From: Methanocaldococcus indicus
GTDB lineage: Archaea > AGJL01 > Methanococci > Methanococcales > Methanocaldococcaceae
Assembly: GCF_049554935.1 (NCBI RefSeq)
Contig: NZ_CP186926.1
Location: 512,001-576,000 of the forward strand
Reading direction: 5' to 3'
DNA: 64,000 nucleotides
The translations under genes and the position numbers were made by a program. This document shows positions 8,327 through 18,340 of this stretch, one piece after another. The notes under the pieces are model-generated. The model had not been told where the DNA came from. It did no database searches and worked only from the letters and a program-made list of their open reading frames with translations. The stretch's first letter is position 1; every line of letters starts with the position of its first letter.

Positions 8327-10432
8327 ATGATAATTAATGAGGAAGATTTTAGAATAAAATACGAGATTCCTATAAAAAGATTCATAAAAGAAGAGTTATC
8401 AAGGAATATTATAGATAAAGTTTTTGTTTTTGACATAAAAAAATTTTTAGAAGAATTTCCTGAACTTGGAGAGCTAAATGATATAATTATTAAATATCCT
8501 AAATTTTCAGAAGATATTATTTTAGATATTTTCAAAGAGGCATATTATGAGCTTTTTGGAGAAGAAAATAACTTAGAAAAGATGCAAATAGCATTTAAAA
8601 ATCCTATTGGATGCTATAAATTAATTGATGAAATTTCAGCAGAGGATATTAATAGATTGGTAGAATTTGAAGGAAATATTATAAAAGCTGGAAAAGTTTG
8701 TGCTCTATTAAAGAGAGCTTGCTTTGTTTGCCCAAAATGTGGAAAAATAATTTACAAAAACATATACAACTACTTTGAAAAAATATCTTCAACATGTATT
8801 GAATGTAATGAAAAAATGTTATTAGATGAAGATGAATCAACATATATAAATATCCAAGAATTAGAAATACAGCAACCAATTGATTTAATGAAAAATCCAG
8901 ATGACCCACCAAGGAGTATAAGAGTGTTTTTAGAAAATAGTAATGGGATATACTCTGGAAGAGTAAATGTAGTTGGGACAGTCTTAAAAAAAAGAAGTAA
9001 AAGCAACATTCCTGTTTATGAGATATTTGTAAGAAGTAATTTTGTTAGGATATCTGAAAGCTATCAGAAGATAGAAGTTAGAGATATCCTTTATAAAGAA
9101 GATATTTTAGAGACACTATATGAGTTAGGTAGAAAGAAAAATATTGTTGATATTCTATCAGAATTTTTAATATCACAAATTAAAGGCTATGAACTTGTAA
9201 AAAAATCTATTTTCTTACAACAAATTAAAGGTGCCTTTAAATATCTCCCAGATGGCTCACCTTTAAGGAGAGACAGTCATATTTTACTAATAACTGACCC
9301 AGGAATTGGAAAAACTACTATGCTTAAAAGGATAGCAAGACTCTTTCCACAGAATGCTTATGCATCAGTAACAACAGCAACAGGTGGAGGATTAACTGCA
9401 ATAGTAACAAGAGAATCAACAGAGATAGGTGATGGTTGGGTTGTAAAGCCAGGTGTTTTTGTTAAGGCAAATGAAGGAACAGCATGTATTGATGAGCTAA
9501 CAGTAGATAAAAATGTTATGAGGTATATTTTAGAGGCTATGGAAAATCAGACAATCCATATAAATAAAGGAGGTTTAAATGTAAAACTACCTGCAAGATG
9601 TGCTGTTTTAGCAGCATGTAATCCAAAAAGGGGGAGATTTGATAGGAACTTAACTGTTATAGAACAGATAGATATTCCAGCTCCTTTATTAAGTAGATTT
9701 GATTTAATCTTCCCACTAATGGATATACCAAATAAAGAAAATGATGAGTTAATAGCTGAGCATATATTGGAGACACATATAGAAACAGCTAAGAAAGAAT
9801 ACAATATTTTAGGAGAGATTGAAGTGGATGGAATAAAGGTAGATGAAAATCTTCTAAAATATTATATAATATTTGCAAGAAGTTGCTCATATATTGAAGA
9901 AAACCAGGAGATATATTTGGGAGAATTTGATGAAAAAAAGCTTATTATGCCTTATCTAACTAACGAAGCAAAAAAGATAGCTAAAAAATACTACTTAGAA
10001 ATGAGAAAGTTAGGAGAGGGAGATAATCCAATACCAATAACTGCAAGACAGTTAGAGGCAATAGTAAGATTGGCTGAGATGCATGCTAAGGCAAGATTGT
10101 CATATACAGTAGATAAGGAAGATGTAGAAAATGCTATAAATATTATTGATTATTGTTTAAAAGAGATAGCTTATGACCCAGAAACTGGAACAATAGATTT
10201 AGATAAAATATCTGGAACTCCAAAATCAAGAAGAGATAAAATGGATTTAGTTTTAGGGATTATAAGAGAGTTATGTAGTTTGAGAGATGATAAATTAGCT
10301 CCTGAGGAAGAGATTGTGGAGAAAGCTATAAATGAGGGGTTATCTGAGGATGATGTATATAAAGCATTAGAATATCTAAAAAAAGCAGGAGATATTTATC
10401 AGCCAAGATATGGATTTTATGCATTATTGTGA
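8327..10432 (+). CDS. mcm: MCM replicative helicase family protein (no intein)
   Basis: Zn finger CPKC..CIEC, Walker A DPGIGKT, Walker B CIDE, LSRFD Arg finger, ITARQLE, C-terminal wHTH. Confidence 0.95.
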   Translation: MIINEEDFRIKYEIPIKRFIKEELSRNIIDKVFVFDIKKFLEEFPELGELNDIIIKYPKFSEDIILDIFKEAYYELFGEENNLEKMQIAFKNPIGCYKLIDEISAEDINRLVEFEGNIIKAGKVCALLKRACFVCPKCGKIIYKNIYNYFEKISSTCIECNEKMLLDEDESTYINIQELEIQQPIDLMKNPDDPPRSIRVFLENSNGIYSGRVNVVGTVLKKRSKSNIPVYEIFVRSNFVRISESYQKIEVRDILYKEDILETLYELGRKKNIVDILSEFLISQIKGYELVKKSIFLQQIKGAFKYLPDGSPLRRDSHILLITDPGIGKTTMLKRIARLFPQNAYASVTTATGGGLTAIVTRESTEIGDGWVVKPGVFVKANEGTACIDELTVDKNVMRYILEAMENQTIHINKGGLNVKLPARCAVLAACNPKRGRFDRNLTVIEQIDIPAPLLSRFDLIFPLMDIPNKENDELIAEHILETHIETAKKEYNILGEIEVDGIKVDENLLKYYIIFARSCSYIEENQEIYLGEFDEKKLIMPYLTNEAKKIAKKYYLEMRKLGEGDNPIPITARQLEAIVRLAEMHAKARLSYTVDKEDVENAINIIDYCLKEIAYDPETGTIDLDKISGTPKSRRDKMDLVLGIIRELCSLRDDKLAPEEEIVEKAINEGLSEDDVYKALEYLKKAGDIYQPRYGFYALL

Positions 10433-10444
10433 GGGGATAACTAA

Positions 10445-10804
10445 ATGATATTTGACAACTATAAAAGATATTTAGAGTTTATAGAGAAAAAAAAGGTAGA
10501 ATTAAGAGGGGAGTATGGAAGTATATTAACTATGGAAGGATATGTTAGAAACTACCATGTAAAAGATGGAAAAAAGATTCCTGCTGAAAAGATGGTTATA
10601 AATAAAGAGGTTATAGATAAAATAAAAGATATCCCTCAAATTGCAAAAGAGAAATATAATTTATTGGAGGTTGTTATCTTTCATAATTATGGGGAGTTAA
10701 AGGTTGGGGAGAGAATAACATCTATAACTATATTTTCAAGACATAGATATGAGGCATTTGAAGCTATAAAGTATATAATAGATGAAATTAAAAAATTTCA
10801 TTAA
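10445..10804 (+). CDS. moaE: Molybdopterin synthase catalytic subunit
   Basis: EGYVRN, H..GELKVGE, RHRYEAF, IDEIK. Confidence 0.85.
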   Translation: MIFDNYKRYLEFIEKKKVELRGEYGSILTMEGYVRNYHVKDGKKIPAEKMVINKEVIDKIKDIPQIAKEKYNLLEVVIFHNYGELKVGERITSITIFSRHRYEAFEAIKYIIDEIKKFH

Positions 10805-12024
10805 ATTTTTTTATAAATATCTTCAATAATTTCTACTTTTTTTACAACTTCTAAAATATCTTTTCCTAAAACTCTTATTATTGGTTCTTTTCCAATATCT
10901 CCTGTATCATAGACAATATCAGCATCTTTATTTCTTGATAATGCCTCTTTTATTCCCCATTCCATAGTAGATACATTCTTTGGTTCTTTTTTTCTGTCAA
11001 AGTAAGATACTTTAAACTTATCTTCTAATTTTTCTATAAGTTCTTCACTATATTTTATATTCATCCCTGCTCTAATTGAAGGATTTATTTTATTGGCTGA
11101 TAACACTAACCTTGATACATGCCCTCTAATACCAAATTTAAACCTACCACAAACATAAAATTTATTTTCTTCTTCTTTATTTTTTACAATTCTACCTGTT
11201 AATGATGCTATATCTTCATAACTCTTTGGTAAAATTAAGCATTCAGCTAAATTACTTCCAATCTCTGGAATTAAAGAGAAATTTATTTTTCTTAGGTATT
11301 CTAATGCATAATATAAATTTTTTAAAATCTTTTCTTTATTTATATGTTTTGGATTTGAGTTGTATCCAAATTTTGTTTTTTCTGCATATATAACTGATGA
11401 TATAGCCAATTTTTTAGCTTCTTCAATACTTTCAAATAAGTTATAACCTAAAAATAAAAATGAAGTTATTGCTGTTGAATACACACAACCAGTTCCATGA
11501 ACATCTCTATCCAACTTAACTCCATAAAACTCCTTTATTAGTTCATTATTCTTTATCAATTTATCATTTATTCCAGTTATTAGAATATAGTTTTTATAGT
11601 CACTAAGATAGTCCTTTAATACTCTGTATTCTTTCTCATTTGGGGTTATTAAATAAGATGAATTGATTAACTCTAAATATTTATCTAAATTTTCTATAAA
11701 CTTATACTTTGTAGAAGACTCTAAAACAGGGTCTAAAATAACCTTTAAATCATATTTTTTTATATATTCAACAATTAAGTCAATACATTCCCCACTAACA
11801 ACTCCAACTTTTACCCACTTTATATAATACTCTTCAAAAATTGATTTTAGCTGATTTTCTATATTCTCAATTGGTAAGTCATATTTTTCATAAACCTTTA
11901 AGTTATTTTGTGGGATGATTGATGTTGTTACTACTCTTGGATTTATATTTAGTTCTCTACAAACCTTTAAATCTGCTAATACTCCTGCTCCACCACTTGG
12001 GTCATAACCAGCAATTATAAGCAA
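10801..12024 (-). CDS. thiDN: Bifunctional HMP(-P) kinase / thiamine-phosphate synthase ThiD-ThiN
   Basis: AGYDPSGGAGVLAD, TPN..E, HGTGC; ThiN IPEIGSN, STMEWG, GDIGKEP. Confidence 0.9.
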   Translation of the reverse strand: MLIIAGYDPSGGAGVLADLKVCRELNINPRVVTTSIIPQNNLKVYEKYDLPIENIENQLKSIFEEYYIKWVKVGVVSGECIDLIVEYIKKYDLKVILDPVLESSTKYKFIENLDKYLELINSSYLITPNEKEYRVLKDYLSDYKNYILITGINDKLIKNNELIKEFYGVKLDRDVHGTGCVYSTAITSFLFLGYNLFESIEEAKKLAISSVIYAEKTKFGYNSNPKHINKEKILKNLYYALEYLRKINFSLIPEIGSNLAECLILPKSYEDIASLTGRIVKNKEEENKFYVCGRFKFGIRGHVSRLVLSANKINPSIRAGMNIKYSEELIEKLEDKFKVSYFDRKKEPKNVSTMEWGIKEALSRNKDADIVYDTGDIGKEPIIRVLGKDILEVVKKVEIIEDIYKKI

Positions 12025-12028
12025 AATC

Positions 12029-12709
12029 TCACCAAAAATCAGTTAAACTCTTCTGTTTATACTTACTTTTTATTTTTTCTAATGTTTTCCACTTCTCTCT
12101 AACTATTTCAGGAAATTTATCATGTTTTTTATAATAATCCTCTAAAAATTTTATAGTTCTCTCATCAGAAGGATATCCACTTCCAAAATCTCCATATTTA
12201 TTTTTATAATCCTCAATTATTTTATCTCTAACAACCTTAGCAATAATAGATGCTGCTGAAACAACTGGATACTTATCATCTGCCTTATGCTCAGCAATAA
12301 TATTAATTTTAATATTTCTCTTCTTTACTTCATCATCAACTAACTTTAAAAACTTCTCTTTTAATTTCTCTGAATTTGTTGAGCATGAATCTATTACAAC
12401 AGTTATATTTTTATTTTTAATATTTAAATCTTTTATTAAATTTTTAAAAGCTTTTGAAAATAGCTCTATTTCAATATCATTTAAATTTTTTTGTTCCATT
12501 AACTCATTCAATTCCTTAGGAGATAGAACAATAATTTTATAATTTCCAATATTTTCCAATAGTTTCTTTAATTCTTCTCTTTTCTTTTTTGTTAGCTTTT
12601 TACTATCTTTTATTATTGAGCTATCTAACTCCTTATCTGTTGTGTAGCAACATACAACCAATGGCCCTATAACTGGCCCTCTTCCAGCTTCATCAATACC
12701 AAAAATCAT
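12029..12709 (-). CDS. rnhB: Ribonuclease HII
   Basis: GIDEAGRGPVIGP, DSKKL, SAASIIAKV, GSGYPSD, C-terminal PIP box QKSLTDFW. Confidence 0.96.
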   Translation of the reverse strand: MIFGIDEAGRGPVIGPLVVCCYTTDKELDSSIIKDSKKLTKKKREELKKLLENIGNYKIIVLSPKELNELMEQKNLNDIEIELFSKAFKNLIKDLNIKNKNITVVIDSCSTNSEKLKEKFLKLVDDEVKKRNIKINIIAEHKADDKYPVVSAASIIAKVVRDKIIEDYKNKYGDFGSGYPSDERTIKFLEDYYKKHDKFPEIVREKWKTLEKIKSKYKQKSLTDFW

Positions 12710-12710
12710 A

Positions 12711-14165
12711 TTAGATTACCTTACTCAATATTGAAACTATATTATACACCTTAATATTTGTATCTTCCAAAATATCTTTTAATTGATATTCACAAAATGG
12801 ACAGACAGTTATAACCCCTTCTACATCTAACTTCATAATGTCTTTTTTTCTTTTAGTTCCTATAATTTTAGATAACTCTGGATTGCCACTTCTAACTCCT
12901 CCACCAGCTCCACAACATTTGGCTGGAATTTCAACATATTCTAATTTAGGAATTGATTTTAAAATCTTTATTGGCTCATCTTTTATTTTTTGTCCTCTTA
13001 ACAGATGGCATGGATGGTGATAGGTAACTCTCATTTTTAGAGGTTTGTATTTTAAAAATCCTACTTCATTTATCAATTCAGTTATATCTCTAACATCCTC
13101 CAATTTATAATCATTTTTTAATGTGCTTCCACATCCAGCACATATAGTTACTATATATTTATAGTTGTATTTTTCTTTATATTCATTAAATATTCTTTTA
13201 TTCATCTCAATTAATTTATTTGCTATATCTCTCTGTCCAACTCTCAACATTGGAGATAAACAACATACTTGATTTTTAGGGACAACAACTGAAATATTGT
13301 GAGCATTCAAAACTTTTATTGTTTCATAAGCCAAATTTTTTAATCTGTAATCAACCAAACATCCTGTAAAAAATAGAACTTTAAATTTTTCATTTTCAGC
13401 TTTAAAATACTCTTTGTCTATCTCTTCCAAAAATGGAATATCTTCTTTTACAACACTTCTATTATATTTTAAAAGATTTTCTCTAACTTTTAAATGATTA
13501 TCTAAGTATAATCCTTTTTTAAAACTATATTCTCTTAATTTTTCAATAGCTTTTTTAACTATATCTATGTCCATTGGACAAACTTCAACACATTTGTGGC
13601 AAGTTGTGCAATTAAACAAATTCTCAAAGAATGCAATTTTTTCTCTATCTTCCTCATCCCTTACATCTTCTAAAAACCTTGCCAACTGTCTCATTATTGT
13701 AGCTCCAGGATAGTTTGAGTTTTCTCTTGCAGGACATAGAGATAAGCATGATAAACATTCAATACATGATTTTAGATTTTTTACTTTTTCAACTACATTA
13801 TCATCTATTTTTTCAATATACTCAGGATATTTTTTCCTAATTAAAAAGTTTCTTATATTTAAAAGCTTTTTATTATAGCTTTCTCTATCAACTATTAAAT
13901 CTCTAATTACTCTAAATCCCTTTAAAGCTTCTATAAGCATTCCATCTTTAACTTTTTCTACACATGCAAGTTTTGGCTCATTGTTTATTGTTAATGAACA
14001 ACTACCACACTGACAATTCCTACAAGAGTATCTAAATGCTATATCTGCATTATACTCTTTATTTATATATTCTAATGCTTCTAAGACAGTTAAGTTTTCT
14101 GGGACTTTATACTCTTCTATCCACTCCTTACCATCTTTAAATCTCTTTATTTTAATATTAATCAT
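12711..14165 (-). CDS. tfrB: Thiol:fumarate reductase subunit B
   Basis: SdhB-like 2Fe-2S (SCRNCQCGSC), two 4Fe-4S motifs, two CCG domains. Confidence 0.88.
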   Translation of the reverse strand: MINIKIKRFKDGKEWIEEYKVPENLTVLEALEYINKEYNADIAFRYSCRNCQCGSCSLTINNEPKLACVEKVKDGMLIEALKGFRVIRDLIVDRESYNKKLLNIRNFLIRKKYPEYIEKIDDNVVEKVKNLKSCIECLSCLSLCPARENSNYPGATIMRQLARFLEDVRDEEDREKIAFFENLFNCTTCHKCVEVCPMDIDIVKKAIEKLREYSFKKGLYLDNHLKVRENLLKYNRSVVKEDIPFLEEIDKEYFKAENEKFKVLFFTGCLVDYRLKNLAYETIKVLNAHNISVVVPKNQVCCLSPMLRVGQRDIANKLIEMNKRIFNEYKEKYNYKYIVTICAGCGSTLKNDYKLEDVRDITELINEVGFLKYKPLKMRVTYHHPCHLLRGQKIKDEPIKILKSIPKLEYVEIPAKCCGAGGGVRSGNPELSKIIGTKRKKDIMKLDVEGVITVCPFCEYQLKDILEDTNIKVYNIVSILSKVI

Positions 14166-15187
14166 AGACAATTCCTCAACAGTTTTTCTTCAACTTTTTC
14201 TTTAATAACTCTTCCAGATATACCTTTTGATATACAATAGACAGCTAATCCTCCAGCACCTACACCTTCCTTAACAGAGCCATAGCAATAATTTTTTAAT
14301 CCCTCTATTTTAGATTCTTCAAAGTATAATTTAGCTCCATAAACAGGAATTTTTCCAATTTCATTAACTAATCCTAATAAATCAGAGTTCTTATCATTAA
14401 TAACAAATTCAGTTGTAGCTAAGCAGATATTTTTTAAAGCTTTTTTATCAATCTCCTTAATAACTGATAAAACAGCAGCCATCTGTGTTCCTCCTGCCAA
14501 CATAACTTTTTTATTTTCTTCTGAGAAAGAGATAGATAAACCTGCAACAACAGGCATCATTTTGTCTCCAACAGCATTTAATACACTAAAAACATCTCCT
14601 CCTTTAATTTTTTTTAGACCTTCGTTGACAATCTTTAATTTTAAATCATGAGGATTGTTAATAGAGCCAGAGCTCACTTTTCCTTCAGCATTGTATCCTA
14701 AACCTAATAAAACACCTAATGCTGTTGTTGTTCCGCCAGGCACACATTCCCCCAATATTAAACTTTCACAATTTAAATTCTTTCCTAATAAATAAGATTT
14801 ATAGAAAAGTTCTTCACTATCTTCAATAGCTTCTCCTTTTTCAATCCTTCCAGTAGGTTTTTCATCCATATCTATATATGGAAGTTTTGGCTTAACAAAA
14901 GAGCCTGCATCTACAACAAGAGATTTAATATTTTTTAGTTCTATACACACTCTACTTATTATAGCAGGAGTAGGAGAAAAAGAGCTATCAAAAGGTATCT
15001 TTTTTAAAGTTTTTACTTCACCATAAAAAACTAATTCAGCATCTAAGGCTGGAGTATATCTAATAATATCTTTATGAACCCCAGAGATAGGATAATAAAG
15101 AGTTGTCTCAATAGATGATAATGTTAAAATAAAAAGGGGATTTTGAAAATCCTCTAAAAAATTAGAATCATTAAATTTCAAAATCAT
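14162..15187 (-). CDS. cobT: Nicotinate-nucleotide--dimethylbenzimidazole phosphoribosyltransferase, archaeal type
   Basis: TPALDAE, PTPAIISR, ECVPGGTTTA, LAGGTQM, VKEGVGAGG. Confidence 0.88.
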   Translation of the reverse strand: MILKFNDSNFLEDFQNPLFILTLSSIETTLYYPISGVHKDIIRYTPALDAELVFYGEVKTLKKIPFDSSFSPTPAIISRVCIELKNIKSLVVDAGSFVKPKLPYIDMDEKPTGRIEKGEAIEDSEELFYKSYLLGKNLNCESLILGECVPGGTTTALGVLLGLGYNAEGKVSSGSINNPHDLKLKIVNEGLKKIKGGDVFSVLNAVGDKMMPVVAGLSISFSEENKKVMLAGGTQMAAVLSVIKEIDKKALKNICLATTEFVINDKNSDLLGLVNEIGKIPVYGAKLYFEESKIEGLKNYCYGSVKEGVGAGGLAVYCISKGISGRVIKEKVEEKLLRNCL

Positions 15188-15208
15188 TCCTTTCACTCAA
15201 AGAACAAT

Positions 15209-15697
15209 TTAGAGCTGTTCTAATAACTCTTTCAATTTTTCTTTAACTAACTCTAACTTCTTAGATAGCTCTTCATTTTCTTTTTTAACTTTTTCTAATT
15301 CATCTTGTAGTTTTTTAATTTCTTCTACATCTTCTTTTATTTTTTCTCTTAAAGATACTGCTTCTAAGAATTTCTCAACTTCTTCAATACTCAACTTACC
15401 TTCTTTTAACAACTCATAAGTTTCCATAACCAATTTTCCAGCTTTTGTCTCTCCCTTTAAATGTTTTCTAATTGTTTGTTCAGTTCTACCAAGCTCTTCA
15501 GCTATCTCACTAACAGTATATCCTGCCTTAGCCCTTGCCAATGCACCTGCAGCAATAGCTAAAGAATCTACCCATGTAACTTTTTCTATTGGGTCTTTAA
15601 TTAACTCTAATATTTCTGGTCTGAAAAGAGTCCCTAATATTAAGACATGCTCTAACTTATGAATATCTGATTTTGATGTAGGAATTAGTGGAAGCAT
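15209..15697 (-). CDS. HTH transcriptional regulator with C-terminal coiled coil
   Basis: TWVDSLAIAAGALA..KAG.TVSEIAEELGRTEQTIRKHL..ETKAG archaeal family pattern. Confidence 0.8.
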   Translation of the reverse strand: MLPLIPTSKSDIHKLEHVLILGTLFRPEILELIKDPIEKVTWVDSLAIAAGALARAKAGYTVSEIAEELGRTEQTIRKHLKGETKAGKLVMETYELLKEGKLSIEEVEKFLEAVSLREKIKEDVEEIKKLQDELEKVKKENEELSKKLELVKEKLKELLEQL

Positions 15698-15759
15698 ATT
15701 TTATCACCTAATATTTCTACTACCTTATATTTTTATAACTATATTATATAATTTACTAT

Positions 15760-16398
15760 TTATTTCATTATAAAATTAATCCAATATTTCTCTTCATTCT
15801 CAATAACGCCTATTATTTTAGTTTTTCCATATTTTTCAATAGTTTCAAATGTTTTCTCATAAAATAAAACATCTTTTAAAGGAGTTATGCAGTTGATAAT
15901 AACTCCTTTCACATTAATGCCTTTATTTCTTAGATGCTCAATAGTTAATAAAGTATGGTTTATTGTCCCTAAATTTGGTCTTGAAACTATAACTGCATCT
16001 AAATCTAAAAATTTAATTAAATCACTCATTAGAAAGTTATCTTTTATAGGGACACAAACACCTCCAGCTCCTTCAACAATTAGAAAATCATATTTATTTT
16101 TTAAATATTCAAAACTTTCTTTTATTTTATTTTTTATTTCATCTAATGTTAAATGAGAATTTTCAACTTCAAAAGCAATATTGGGGGAAAGTGGAAGTTT
16201 TAAGTTTATTGGATTTATAATATTTAAATCATCATCTAAATTTAAAGCTTTTTTTAAAGTTATAGTGTCTTCTCTACCTCCTGTTTCTATTGGTTTTAAA
16301 TATCCAACATTTATTCCTTCTTTTTTTAGTTCTTTACCTAAAATTTTAGATGTATATGTTTTACCAACCCCTGTATCAGTTCCAGTAATAAAAATCAT
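15760..16398 (-). CDS. bioD: Dethiobiotin synthase
   Basis: ITGTDTGVGKT, KPIETG, VEGAGG, LGTINHT. Confidence 0.96.
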   Translation of the reverse strand: MIFITGTDTGVGKTYTSKILGKELKKEGINVGYLKPIETGGREDTITLKKALNLDDDLNIINPINLKLPLSPNIAFEVENSHLTLDEIKNKIKESFEYLKNKYDFLIVEGAGGVCVPIKDNFLMSDLIKFLDLDAVIVSRPNLGTINHTLLTIEHLRNKGINVKGVIINCITPLKDVLFYEKTFETIEKYGKTKIIGVIENEEKYWINFIMK

Positions 16399-16451
16399 TT
16401 TTTAATCACCAAAAGTTGCTAAAAATTGTAATATATAATGATATAACTCTT

Positions 16452-17819
16452 TTATCTATTCTTAACTTTTTTAAAGTTTATTTCTGTTGGATATTCTCCT
16501 GTTAGACAAGCTAAACATAAATCTTTTCTACCAATTGCTTTTAATAAACCTTCAATTGATATATAACCTATAGAATCTACACCAAGTTTTTTTCTAATTT
16601 CTTCTAAACTTTTATTATGTGCTATTAACTCCTCTTTTGTGGCCATATCTATTCCATAGTAACAAGGGGATATTATTCTTGGACATCCAATTCTTAAATG
16701 GACTTCTTTAGCTCCAACTTTCCTAACCATATTTACTATTCTTTTTGATGTAGTCCCTCTTACTATACTGTCATCTACCAATACAACTCTCTTATTTTCT
16801 AACAAACTTCTTACTGGGGCTAACTTTAATCTTACAGCTAATTCTCTCTCATTTTGAGAAGGCAAAATAAAGGTTCTTCCAGTGTATTTATTTTTTATTA
16901 AGGCTTCATAGTATGGGATATTTGACTCCTCAGCAAATCCAATTGCAAAAGCATTCCCAGAGTCAGGTATAGGAGAAACTAAATCAGCTGAAACTGGATG
17001 TTCCTTAGCCAACATCTTTCCTATATCTCTCCTAACTTTATATACACTTATCCCATCTATTGTAGAGTCTGGTCTGGCAAAGTATATGTATTCAAACATA
17101 CATGTTGTAGCTTTATTATTGTTAGAAATTTTATAACTCTCCATACCATCTTTATTTATAACTACTATCTCTCCTGGTTGAACATCTTTTAAAAAAGAGA
17201 CATCCAAAGTAGTTAAAGCACAATCTTCTGATGAGACATATATATTTTCTCCATCTTCTCCAATACATAATGGTTTAAATCCATGTTTATCTCTAACAGC
17301 AACTAAACAATCTTCAAACATAATTAACAAAGAATATGCTCCAACTAATTTATCTAAAACATTTTTTATAGCTTCAATTCTATCATCTGTTTTTAATAAC
17401 TCTCTAACTAAGAGTTGAGCTATAACCTCAGAGTCAGAAGTAGATGTGAATATATGCCCCTTCTTTTCTAATTCTATTCTTAACTCCTCAGAATTTACAA
17501 TATCTCCATTATGGGCTATTGCAATCTGCCCAAAAGAGCTTTTGACAACAAATGGCTGACAATTCTCAACAGATTTTATTCCAGTTGTTGAATACCTAAC
17601 ATGTCCTATTCCAATATGTCCAAACAAATTTTGTAAAATATCATCTTTGAAAACTTCTGTAACTAAACCTATATTTTTATAATACCCTATATTCTTCCCA
17701 TCACTTACTGCTATCCCAGCACCTTCTTGGCCCCTATGTTGTAAAGCAAACAATCCATAGTAAATCTTTTTAGATACATTTAAATTTTCATAAGAATATA
17801 TTCCAAAAATCCCACACAT
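16452..17819 (-). CDS. purF: Amidophosphoribosyltransferase
   Basis: MCGIFG, LQHRGQE, GHVRYST, VDDSIVRGTT. Confidence 0.97.
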   Translation of the reverse strand: MCGIFGIYSYENLNVSKKIYYGLFALQHRGQEGAGIAVSDGKNIGYYKNIGLVTEVFKDDILQNLFGHIGIGHVRYSTTGIKSVENCQPFVVKSSFGQIAIAHNGDIVNSEELRIELEKKGHIFTSTSDSEVIAQLLVRELLKTDDRIEAIKNVLDKLVGAYSLLIMFEDCLVAVRDKHGFKPLCIGEDGENIYVSSEDCALTTLDVSFLKDVQPGEIVVINKDGMESYKISNNNKATTCMFEYIYFARPDSTIDGISVYKVRRDIGKMLAKEHPVSADLVSPIPDSGNAFAIGFAEESNIPYYEALIKNKYTGRTFILPSQNERELAVRLKLAPVRSLLENKRVVLVDDSIVRGTTSKRIVNMVRKVGAKEVHLRIGCPRIISPCYYGIDMATKEELIAHNKSLEEIRKKLGVDSIGYISIEGLLKAIGRKDLCLACLTGEYPTEINFKKVKNR

Positions 17820-17821
17820 AT

Positions 17822-18121
17822 CTACTCACTTTTAAACAATTTTTCAATAACCTTGTTATCAATATAAAAATTAAATTTTTTAGCTTTGTATATTCTTTTT
17901 GTTCTGTTATTCTCTACAATTAAATTAGATTCTATTAAATTAGCTTTTTCTAATTTTTTTATATGAGCATATAGAACAGGCCTCGAAAGGTTTAAAATTT
18001 TTGATAGTTCATAGATGCTCATTGGTTTATTATCCAAAATATATAAAATCTTTAATCTTATGGGATTAGATAATGCATCACAAATTTTTACAACATTTTC
18101 TAAATCCATATATTCACTCAA
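17822..18121 (-). CDS. ArsR-family winged-helix regulator
   Basis: ALSNPIRLKIL...SIYELSKILNLSRPVLYAHIKKLEKANLI. Confidence 0.85.
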   Translation of the reverse strand: MSEYMDLENVVKICDALSNPIRLKILYILDNKPMSIYELSKILNLSRPVLYAHIKKLEKANLIESNLIVENNRTKRIYKAKKFNFYIDNKVIEKLFKSE

Positions 18122-18329
18122 TTTCTTCCCATTTTTTCTCTAATTTTTTAGTTGTTTCTTTTATCTCTTCTATATCTTTCTCTATCTTTGTTAGTTTTTC
18201 ATGGTTTCTATTTATTTGTATGATTATATAAATTGATATTATGATTAAGATGAGTATTAAAATTTCCCATATAATACCTAAACCTCCAACTCCAAAATCA
18301 TGATTTATATATGGAGGAATATAAATCAC
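18114..18329 (-). CDS. Small single-TM protein with C-terminal coiled coil
   Basis: Hydrophobic IIWEILILILIIISIYIII then heptad-rich tail; overlaps ArsR start. Confidence 0.7.
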   Translation of the reverse strand: MIYIPPYINHDFGVGGLGIIWEILILILIIISIYIIIQINRNHEKLTKIEKDIEEIKETTKKLEKKWEEIE

Positions 18330-18340
18330 CTTTTTTTAAT

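Noticed and set aside
8233-9804. Several minus-strand ORFs of 77-100 aa
   Set aside because: Antisense to mcm; no motifs or RBS
6987-10432. Nuclease + uppP + MCM as an integrated mobile element
   Set aside because: No integrase, att repeats or adjacent tRNA; Methanococcales carry several chromosomal MCM paralogs
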